This document shows, one piece after another, positions 22,674 to 32,937 of a stretch of DNA of 64,000 bases. Where the stretch lies: assembly GCA_958009085.1 (NCBI GenBank), contig OY253687.1:62001-126000 (forward strand), given 5' to 3'. Under the pieces are notes generated by a model, which worked only from the letters and a program-made list of their open reading frames with translations, had not been told where the DNA came from and made no database searches. Source of the stretch: Protoeuglena noctilucae (Eukaryota). Numbering within the stretch: the first letter of the stretch is position 1; every line of letters starts with the position of its first letter. A program made the translations under genes and the position numbers.

Positions 22674-25268
22674 ATGGTGCAGACAGGAGTTGAAAAGGGC
22701 CGCGCAGCCCTGGTCACGCAGCTGGTGGCCGCACTCCGCGCTAGCGAGAGCAGGTGCGGACGCATGGCCATCCGATGCGCCCGATGAAGGCTGTGGATAT
22801 TACATGCGGAAGTATAGAATGCAGTCTTGCTTGCAGATCTTCCGAGGACCACGCGCTGGGCCGAGCCAGGGATGCGCTCGCGCAGCTCGCGATTGGCCCG
22901 ATGTGACCACGGAAGACCTGGCGAGCCTCGCCCAGGCGCTGTGCAATGCATCCCAGCAGAAGGCACTAATTGAGCACGACCTGGGCCCCACAGTCGTCGA
23001 GGTGCGCAGCCGCGCAGTGGCAACGACAGCGCGCGTCAAAGGTGTGACACCCCGTCGCATCTGCCGAAGCGTGTCGCCCGCAGAACCTCATGTCATTGGG
23101 AGGGCGGCACGGTCTGGCGGACGCGGCCGCGCTGGTCATGGCAGGCCTGACCCTGGGCCCCGTGGCGGCGCTCCCGGGCGACACGGCCTTTGTGGCCTGG
23201 TCTGCGGCTGCCTGGTCATCGGCAGCGGGAGACGGGCACGGCCCATTAGAAGCGAACCATGCTGCGGAGGGCGAGACGAGGTCAGGGAACGGTGCGGACC
23301 GTGTCGAGTCAGGGACGGGCGGCCAGCCGACGGTTGCCACGGCATCAACGGAGAACACCCGGTACAATGGCGATGCAGCGGCGCATGCGATCGCCGCCGA
23401 GGAGGACGACAGTGACTTTGAGTGGGAGACCATCGAAGTGGCGGGTCAGAACGTGCTCCGACAGAACCCACCGGCGTTGACTCCCCCCAACCCTCGCCGT
23501 GCCGTGCTGAGCCTGCCTGACGCATGCGCACTCGCATGTGCTGCTCTGGGCAAGTCGTCAGCCTTCCTGACGTCCTGTGCCTCGCCCGCGGCGTGGGAGG
23601 GTGGCAGCGGGACCCAGGAGGCGCCAGGGCTCTGGGCGCAGCTGCGGGGGGCCGCCGAGGGGGCGGTGGCGGCGAAGGAGTGCGGTGTAGAGCTGCTGAC
23701 ACGGTGAGAGGGACATACGAGGGTTGAGTGGTGACATTGACTGCGCCGGGTACGTGAGTGCTGTGGGGATATGTGAGTGGGTCTGGTTTCTAGTGAAGCA
23801 TCAACTCACCATACATACGACCTCCTTGCACCATCTTGCCACTCAATATAGTACGCACGATCTTTGCTCCTTGCCGCCCAGGGTGCTCACGGTGGCGGTG
23901 GACCGCGTGGGCCTGCAACCCAGCGAGGCCAAGCACGGCGCCTGCGTGTTCACCGCTGCTCTGCCGGCGCTGTCTCGCACATACGCAGACGGGGACGCTC
24001 CTGGCGGTTCCATCTGCCCCCCGTCGCAGGCAGCTGTGATGGGACCCCTTGCCTCGCTGCCCATCGGTGAGAAGTGCTGACTACTCGTTATGCATAGGGT
24101 GCACTGGCGACTGGCATGGTGACCGCAGCTGTCCTTGCATGACGTTCTCGCTTCTTGTGTCATTGTCGTTCGGGCCACCATGCTCGCTGCTCGCCACCGC
24201 AGCGTGCATCGCGCCCTTCACGTCTTCGCTCGACGCGTGCGCACCCCTGGCCATCGCCGCGCTGGATCGCGCGGCTCTGGCCCTGCGGCGAGGATCCGAG
24301 GCCGACGCACCGCACGTGGCGCATGCGTTGCGGGTAAGGGCGGGTGGCTTTGCATGCAATCTGCCACGACAGCTCTTGCTGTCTCGCATCGTGCACCCCC
24401 GTCCCTTGCCTCCCCGCAGGCTTGCTGCTCCGTGTTGTCGTCCTGGGTCTTGAGTCACGCTGGCGCCGGTATCAGCAGTTCTGACGCCGCCCAATCACCT
24501 CACGTGGCCCCCGCCATGCGTGCCATCACAGGCGTCCTCGCTGCCCTGCTGTCGAACCCCAGCCCGACTGACGGGACCGGCATGGTCCTCACAGACGTCT
24601 GTCAGCTCGTGGCCGTGCTGGCTTTCTCGGCTGACAACCGCGCTGCGTGGCTGGCGCGGGGCCTGACTGCGGCCGTCGATGGCGGCGTGGCACGGGTGGT
24701 GTGCGAGGTGGCATTGTGTGGGAGACACCACGCATCGCAAGAGGTGGCGAAGTACCCGGCAGCCTTGGCAGCCGTGCTGGCTGAGGCGCCGAGGTGGCGG
24801 GACATGGAGGGCGTGCGGGAGGCAGCATGGGCGGGCGTTGATACACCAGCCATGGGCAACAGGGAAGGGTCCGCGCTGGGTGGGAGACTCAAACAAGCGG
24901 CGCAGGTCGTCGAAGATGCGAGCACAGCGCCGGCGGACCGCCTGGGGGCTGTGAGGGAGCTGGAGGGGCTGCTGGAGTGGGCGAGCGTGGCGCAGCGGGC
25001 AGCGGCGGGGCGCCTGGCTTGGAGCGAAGACGCGGCGAAGGGCCTGCAGGCGGCGGGAGCGGCCCTGCGCAGGTGCAGTGCAGCTGGCGAGATCGAGGGC
25101 GGCGCGGCGGATGGCGAACCTGGGGGCGATGCCGATGAGGGGCGCAGGGAGCGCAACCGGGAGCGGGAGGCTCGGCGGCGCGCGGCTGCGGCGGTGCGGA
25201 TCGCGAAAGAGGCGCTCGGAGCGCCTGGCAGTGGCGGGTCTGGTCGTGGAGGGGCCAAGTCAGACTGA
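22674..25268 (+). CDS. Uncharacterised Ala-rich helical protein; start uncertain, possible frameshift near 22888
   Basis: Series of GC-rich exons bounded by GT..cag (22838, 23084, 23882, 24420), ending GGAKSD*. Confidence 0.5.
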
Positions 25269-25427
25269 GCACGATGGCGTGTGCTGCACCTAGAGCACGG
25301 TGGTCATACCCACCCTCCCGAGCGCTTCAAATGCGCCCATCTGCTTGGCGTGTGAGACAGTGTGTGCTTTTCTGCAAGGGAGAACCGAGACTTGCTCCAG
25401 GTACCGGAGAGCAGCAGCACAGGCAGC

Positions 25428-27170
25428 ATGTTCACGTCGGAAGGGTCACGCCATGGGGCGGGACTCCAGCCCCAAGCTGGCCGGGACTGGTGGCGTGATG
25501 ACCTGGACATGGACAGTGGCTCAGAGCTGTCGCTGCTCGCGGAGGACTTTTCGACCCAAGGTGTGCACCGCCAAGTGTGCTTCATGCTACTGTGCTTCGA
25601 GACGCTCCCTTGCCTCTGCTGGCCCAGTCGACTGCTGGGGCACCCCAGTGCATGTAAACACTATAACCACACCGCACTCGTGTGACCCTCGCCGCAGGTG
25701 GCGACCCAGTGCGCTTCCACCCAACGGCGGTCGCTGCGACCTACAACTGGCGGAACACGAGCGAGCCGACGATCGTGGTCCCTGGCCACCCGCCCGTCAT
25801 GAAGGACGTCATCCCAAGGACGCCTTTCAGGGTGAGCGGCGGGATCAGAAGCGGCCATAAGCGGCGCGGCGTCATTGTCATGGCATGGAGCACGGTGGGC
25901 GCTTATCGTGCTCAGCCGTGTCCGTTCGTACCTTGCCCTGCAGCTGGGCAAAGACAGCCAGGAGAACGCCGCTTTCGTGGACGAAAACGCCGCGCGCGTC
26001 CCGTCCGCGCCCCTGGACCCGCTGGTGGCCGCGATGCACGCCTTCCGCACGCGTGGGCCCATAACTGTGAGGGGTCCCATGCGGGCCCCTGGGGCCGCCG
26101 CCCCTGAGCTGCCGGTGCGCGTGGTGTCGGATCGCAACAACCTCCGCAAGCTCCTGGCCTTCGTGACGGGCGAGGGGTGGTACGACGACAAGCTGCCCCT
26201 GCGCATCGACGTCAGCGTGGTGGAGGGCGCTCTGGTCATGTGCCGGCGGGAGCCCAGCGCGCACGGGGATGCGTGGGCGGGGTACGGCCACTCCTTCGAG
26301 GAGCACCTGACGCAGCCATGCGCGAGTGGGAGGGACACGGCTGGCTACCGGCGCGTGGTGCGGGACGACTGGGGCCGGAGACGGGCGGCGGGCTGGGGCT
26401 GCTGGTGCGATGCGAGGTGGACGCGCTGAAGGCAACCAGTGATTCGGAGACTCACAAAACGACGAAGGCGGAGGGCGCAGACGACCTGGCGGCGGCGCTG
26501 GCAGGGCTGAGCGTGGACGGCAACGTGGCCGGTGCTGGCAGCAACAGCAGCGCAGGGGAGGTGTCGTCGGAGGTGGGAGTCGACTTTGGCGGGGAGTGGG
26601 CGCAGTCGGAGTGGGAGGCGGTGGAGATGGTGACGCGGTCGGGGCATCGGCCGCTGGACGTGGGGGAGAAGTGGTCCCAGATGGCCCTGTCCGGGACTGA
26701 CATGCTGGTGTACGGCAGGCACGAGCGGGGGACATTTCGCGAGGTCCAGACGAAGTCCTTGGAGGTGAGGGACCGGGGTGGAAGCGCCAGCCAAGCGACA
26801 ATCATGTCAGAGCGCGGAGCGTGATCATGCATGTTGACTGTGTCGCCACATGCTCGCGTGACGTGAAGGTGCCTGTGTTGACGCGGTTTTTTATTGTCAT
26901 GGACGCTCACGTTCCCTTCCCAACCTGACCTGTGTCACAGGAGATGGAGAGGGAGACCAAGGCATCGGTCAGGGACGGCATGCGTGGCCTGCTGGCCCTC
27001 CTGCAGCGGCTGGTGGAGCGCATCGGAAGCAGCGGACCCCAGGATCGGTTCGCGGTCGTGTGGAGGGCGCCTGGGGGGGCGCTGGAGCTCTTCCGTCTCC
27101 GCAAGGGCGGCGCTGGGCTGAGCGAGCCGGCCAGAGAGGCCCTGCGGTCCATGCTTGGGACCATGGGATG
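25428..27170 (+). pseudogene. Rai1/DXO-like PD-(D/E)XK nuclease-family gene with a frameshift at ~26370 (pseudogene or sequencing error)
   Basis: TYNW..PTIVVPGHPP, DENAAR.P..PLDPL, VVSDRNNLRKLL, LRIDV, GYGHSFE and GYRRVV in one frame. LLVRCEVDA, VEMVTR and WSQMALSGT..LVYGRH.RGTF follow in another frame, with no intron between. Confidence 0.7.
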
Positions 27171-27361
27171 AGAGCCACGAGTTGCTGGCGAGTTGGCATA
27201 GTAGCGTAGCCATGGGCCAGGGTGGCAGTAGCATCAGGTGTTTGGAGGCCAGAGCGTGGATGGCAGTCAGCGCTGCACCTTGTCGGGGGTCGGTGTACCC
27301 TAGCAGGGCGGCGACGCTTCAAAGGGGCTGGGGGAGCGAGTTTGGCTGGCTGGCAATGTGC

Positions 27362-28222
27362 TTACTTGGGCAGCAGCTCCGACACAATTAGACGCAGACC
27401 TATAATGAAGGTAAGTTTAAGGTCGCCCACTTTTTTTCCGCAAGTGCAAACCACACCTTCGACATTATTGAAGGTAAGCTGTAAAAGCTGTGAAAGTGCG
27501 TCGTCGACCCTTGACCTCACGGTCGCGAGTACCGCAGTCGAGAAGCATGCAATGCGCTCCGCGTCGCTCTGGCACTTGCCGTATGACTCGCCCAGGAGTT
27601 TGGCCACATTTGTGTCGGATGCAATGGCTGTCGTGGTCGGCAGGATAGGCTCCCCAGAGGTCCCCGAACACCCCTGCACCATCACCGTCTGCGCCACCCA
27701 GCTGGCGATGACCGCGTCCGCAGGGTCAGTCGCCTTCTTGCCACTGAAAGGCTTCGTGCTGTGCTTCTCGTAGGCGGCCACCAGATCGTGCACCTCCATG
27801 TAGAAGAGCATCACGCCGTACTTGTCCCGCAGGTAACGGCTGTTGCCCCACCGCTCATACACCCGCCTGTAGGCGTCCATCAGCGTAGAGGCTCCTTCAA
27901 CAGTGCAGAGTCTGACCTTGACCTCCGCGTTCTCCGTTCTCTAGACGTCAGTGCTGCCCGGCCCACACTGCCGGTAGATCTCCGCCACCATGCGCCGCGC
28001 GTCGTCCGGGTCGTCCCCCGCCATCACCAGCCGCTTCCGCCCCTCCACCACGCTGTCCGTCTGCCTGTCCTGGTTGCGCAGCACCGCCGACGCCCGGCAC
28101 ACGACAGTGCGGTGGCAGGCGATGCGCAGGGCCACGGCGCCCGACGCGTCCAGCACGTCGATCACGGCGTCCTCGTAGCCGTCTCCGCTCTCTCCGAGGG
28201 GGTAGAAGACATCGAAGTTGAC
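27362..28222 (-). pseudogene. BTB/POZ-like paralog B with in-frame premature TAG at 27941-27943; an upstream exon ends at 28321
   Basis: ORFs 27941-28231 and 27362-27880 are in the same frame and colinear with paralog A (YRQCGPG...AYRRVYERWGNSRYLRDKY..EVHDL..ASWVAQTV..AKL..SY..ER.ACF). Upstream donor acg|gtgaga is in phase. Confidence 0.7.
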
Positions 28223-28560
28223 CTGACGCATAGCGGTAGCACAGGCCAGGGTTGGTCGCGTGACCCGGGCCCACCGTCGATCTCAGTCCGACGCGGCCCA
28301 ATGCCGTCATCATATCTCACCGTCGCAGGCCCCACGGGATTATCGGTCAACTCGCTCTGTCCCTGCATGGCGACTTCCCGGCTGCCTCGCAGGAGCTGCG
28401 ACTGGTGGGGCAAAGCGACGCTCTCGCGCGGTGCGGAGCACATACCAAGGGTACTGGCGTTGCCTTGTATCATATCCAATATTGCAAACGCCTCACCGCG
28501 CGCTGTCGGCGTCGCGTCGCTCCGAGCGCGGCAAGGAAACAATGAGATGCGTGCGTGACC

Positions 28561-29249
28561 GATCGGCGCCGCGACGGGTCCACAGCCTCGATGCTGCTGC
28601 GCACGAGTTCTGTGAGTACTCAACCATCACTCTGCCACACCCGCACGCCCCTCTCCGCTTCTCGGCTCGCGCGCCCTCGCTTCCCTGACACGGGCGCCCA
28701 CCAGCACCCGGGCAAGGCGGGCAGCGACGAGCTGGCTGCGCTCCGCGGAGCATCCGCGGATGACGTGCAATGGTCAAGTAGCACACAGGTGCACGCGCAC
28801 CGGGGATCGGTCAGCACCCGGCCACCATCAGACCCAAGGCAGGCGACGAGGCATGCCTGCGGGCTCCGTGCGCAGCCATCCGCGGATCGGCACTCAGATG
28901 CGGGTTTCGGGAGTGCGCGTTGCTCGATTCAATCCGCGGCTGCGTTCCGATCAACCCGCTGCACCTTTGCATTCAACGGGCCATGCATGCGTGGCGGCTC
29001 TTTGCCTACGTCGCGCAGTCCCTGCCCCCCGCGCCCGCCTCAGCCACGCAGCGATTCCTCAGCGCCCGCCCGCGGCCTCGCCCTCGCCCTCGCCCTCGCC
29101 CACCACGGCCCGCACCAGCTCCCTGCCCAGCGCCCTGGCCAGCGGCACGGGCACCGCGTTGCCCACCTGCCGGTGCTTGTTGTGCACGTTGCCGTAGAGG
29201 CGGAAGGTGTCGGGGAAGCCCTGCGACCGGGCGCACTCGCGCACCGACA
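28561..29249 (-). repeat. Right arm of inverted duplication: copy of DNMT1 terminal exon fragment (motifs IX-X, stop) plus 3' flank
   Basis: Encodes [62 protein letters not shown] at 29059-29247, identical to the DNMT1 C-terminus. Confidence 0.97.
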
Positions 29250-29257
29250 GAGTATCT

Positions 29258-32200
29258 TCAATCGTCGGCAGGCACGTATGCGGCCACGCGCTTGGTGGTA
29301 GCCAGCAGCAGCGGCGCCCCGGCATCTGCAAAGGCGAGCAACCCCGTCGGGCAGAACCCCAGGTGTCCCCGGCTGACGGCCGCTCCTGATTCTGCAAGGC
29401 ACAAGGAGAGATCACTAGCTGATGTAGACAGCACAACAGGACGTGCGATGCAAGCACGGGTAAGCAGTCACTACGTCCCCTCACCGGTGCTGTACACGGA
29501 AAGCGCGTCGCTGCCGGGGCCAGACACGGCCACGTGGGAGCCCCTGCGAGCCAGCGAGGCGGCAAGCAGTCATCATGCACGCTCCAACACCACGACACCA
29601 CACGCTCTCTTACCCGTCCACGAACACGGGGCGGTAGATCTTCCCTACGCGCCCGGGCCCGCAGTGCCCCCGCAGCACCGCAGTCGGCTGGTCGGGTCGC
29701 CTCAGGTCCCACAAGGGGACCCCCGCATCGAACCCCGCTGCCATCACTAGGTGCTCGTTCCGCGAATGCCACTCGACAACGTTGGCCGCTGCGTCTGTGG
29801 CTCGCAGCGCCGCCTGGGCCTCCTTCCCGGGCGCCCTCGCATCCCACAGCCGCACGCAGCCGTCGTTCCCAGCAGACGCCGCCACGCTCGCGGCGCCGCA
29901 GTCGCCCGGGTTTGGCCGGAACCGCACGCACTTGACCACAGCGCCCCCGTGCGCATCGTCCCACGCCCGCACGCTGGCCAGGGTGCCGTGGGGCTGGACG
30001 CGGCTCAGCTTCACGGAGCCGTCCTTGGAGCCTGTAACCACGCTGCGGTGAAGGGGAGGTGGACGCCACTCGTGAGACAGCAGATGCAAGGGGGTGGATA
30101 GTGCACTCTCACACCCCATGCTCTCACCTGCCGCCTTGCTCGTCCATGCTGAAGATGCCCCCAGCGTGGAGCCCCCCCTCCTCCGCCACACGCCTCGGCA
30201 CGCCCTTGCTCTCCCGGCCCAAATCAAACAACGCCACGGCACCGTCGTTGGACGCTGCCAGCATCAAGATACCCGCACGGTCCTGTGAAGGGCGGCATTA
30301 ACATGCATGCCTGCATCGTACCATGCCGGCATCCCACCTGTGCGTCACATTCAGCGGCGTGCAAAGCACCGACGCTTGGCATGGGACACATGAGCGCCCC
30401 TCTCACCTCGTCATCACTGAGCCCGGCCGCGCTGTCTCCCCCGCTGGACTGCGCCACCCTGCTGCTGAGGAAGCGAACGTCCGATATCCACCCGCGGAAG
30501 AGCCGCGCGCTCATCAGCGGTGCGACAGGCGCGTGGGAAGAGACACCACCGCCGACGCCCCACACGGCGAACCGCCCCTGGTGGCCCCCCGCAGCGACCA
30601 GGCCGTGGCGGCAGTCGAGCGAATAGGCGCGGGTCTGCGCGGGCGAAGGGGCATTGGCTTGCGAACCGCTGCGACCACACGCAGCATGGATGGGGCGGTG
30701 GGCCTTGTCTCGCAGCACATGACTCGCTCACCAGGCACTCGTCCATGAGCACGGCCCCTGTTTCCCTGTACCGCAGAGCCCCTGGGCTCCCGCCATTAGG
30801 AGATGCCTCTGAAGAGTGCCTTTCAGCCCCGCCCTCCCAGCCCCGGCACCCTGGGAACGTCACCACACCCACCCCATCTGCCGCGCCCCCGCCATCAGCT
30901 CCTTCGCAGCAGTAGCGAAGGACTCCCGAATCGTCAAACGTCGTAGGCTCCTCGTCCACCTCTGGCTGGGGCTCATGGTCGAGGACTGCTGCGGTGGCCA
31001 CGCTGTCTCTGCAGAGGAGCCAGAATGCACTGCGGTGTAGCTCTCAGCGCCGACGGTGGAAGGGAGCCATGCCATCATTGATACGGCAATGAAAGAGACG
31101 GGAGTGAGGGCCGCGTACGTGGCGCGAGCATCGCTGCGGCTGCTCACCCATCCACGCCGGCCTTGTTGCCACGGGCACGCGTCGAGCGCCGCACCGGCCC
31201 CGCGGGCTCCCCCGTCGGCCTCCGCTTCCCGGCCTTGCGCCCGCGGATCTTCGCGGCACGCTCTCTCTGCTGCTCCCGCTCGGCCGCCGCCAAGTCCTCG
31301 CCCAGCATCTGCAGAGCACAGCACGTTGCCACATCACGTCCGCAGCAGGCGCAGCTGCTGAGTTCGTCAAGCCAGCTCACGCATGCACCCATCCTTGCAC
31401 CTCTGCCAGGATGAGGCGGTTACGCCGGATCCGCTCCTCCCGCTCCCTCTCCAGGTCCGCCCCCGTTGCGCCCCCGGTCTTCGGATGCGCAGGTGCCTCC
31501 TCTTCCGACCCCGTGCCATCACAGGCGCCCCCTCGTTCATCAACACCACTCCCTCCACCCTCCTCGCTCGCATGCAAGACCCCGGCCCGTGCCCCACCAT
31601 GCTGGTCCGGCGTGCCACACTCGTTCGCCTCAATCTCTGAGCTCCTCAGCTCCGAGTCACCAGGAGACAGGGCCCGCGAGGCCGGGGTCCCAGCGTCGCC
31701 GTCGCCCACGTCATGGCAGGCCGGCCCATCGTCACGCGTGCTCCCGTCCCTCTCGGACGCCCCAAGGGGACTCGCCCTTTCCAGACTGGTGGAACGATCG
31801 TTGTCCGCACCATGCGTGTCTGGGGCGCGAACCGCGCCGTCCTCTTCGCATGCTGCATCACCTCCCCTCGGCGCCCCCGTGTCGTCCGGGCTCATGGCAG
31901 CCGGGAGCGCGGATTCCCCGCATTTCGCAGTCTCCAGCGCATGGGCCTTGGGAGACACATGGACTGTTGTACCGTCGGCGCCAGGCGGACTCGAGGCGGC
32001 AGCGGGAGGCTGCCAGCTGTCGCCCTGCGTCGCGGGACAGTGCAGGGATGGGCGTCGGGGTTTATATGGGTTAAGGAGTCGCTCGCAGGCAAGAGGTAAG
32101 ATCGAGAACGGAGTAAGGTGAAGGGACGCCCTCCAACTGCGGCCTGCCATTCATAGCACGGGCTCCACTTTCAAAACGCACTGCCGTGGGTTTCTTTGCG

Positions 32201-32262
32201 AAGAAGCTCGAGATGGGGCGCTGCCTGCTGTCCGCGCTTGCATGGCGGGATCGTGGCGCCAT
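29258..32262 (-). CDS. WD40-repeat protein, WDR76/Cmr1-like, with N-terminal PIP box
   Basis: [26 protein letters not shown] and PVRRSTRAR (Cmr1-like N-terminus). WD repeats include [40 protein letters not shown] and [17 protein letters not shown]. The last exon 29258-29391 ends VAAYVPADD*. Confidence 0.75.
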
Positions 32263-32937
32263 CGGCCAGGCCCGCCGATCGCGAGATGGCCTATTAGGCG
32301 CGGTAACGCAATGCACGCGGCGTGATGAGCGTGACCCAGCTGGAATGGCCCCCCGGCTCAACGACGGCACGCCAGCCACATTCGCGACAGTTGCCACATG
32401 TAACGCGAGTCGTGGGGTGCCCTCATCTCGCTTCAACCCTGGTGCCCGCGGAGACCCTAGCATCCCTGGCGGTGGCGCTGCCAGCCCTGCCCTGGGCTCG
32501 CCAAGGAGGCGTCTGGGACCGTGGCCCCCACTCTCAGATAGCTAGATAGACTAGCTGCCAGCTAGGATAAGCTGTGAACCGCGTCGCTGGGGCGCTGGCG
32601 CGTTTGACCTCTCCCAGTGTGGCCTTGCAACCGCGACCCCATACCAGCAAACTAGGGTAACAAAGCTGAAACAATAGGGCTGTTCACTGAACCCGCTGTT
32701 GCAAGGGCCGCGGACCCGGCCCAGCAGTCGCTCCCTGGGCGCGCGGCCGGTCCCTGGCCGTCGCGCACATACATGTCATTGCAATTTGCCGGTTGCTCGC
32801 GTCGCCAACGCACGGGCTTGTCGGCGTGAGTCTGGCCGCATCGCTACGCCCTCGCGCGACCCCGCAGGTAGCCGCAACCCGGCCCAAGGGCCCCATAGCT
32901 GGTGCGCGGGCCCCGCCGGGGTGCCGGACGCGCGGCC

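Noticed and set aside
27941..27943. TAG reassignment or read-through, suggested by in-frame TAGs in both BTB paralogs
   Set aside because: TAG ends conserved genes at the expected place (PP5 42918-42920, PFDN4 56385-56387), and I saw no internal TAG in conserved exons.
3542..29249. Giant DNA transposon with terminal inverted repeats
   Set aside because: The arms begin inside a host exon, no target-site duplication or transposase is visible, and the interior holds ordinary housekeeping genes.
29059..30069. 336-aa ORF suggesting a WD40-DNMT1 fusion protein
   Set aside because: Following the splice phases, the WD40 frame stops at TGA 29258-29260 before the copy. The DNMT1 frame needs a phase-0 donor, but the two preceding donors are phase 2 and phase 1.
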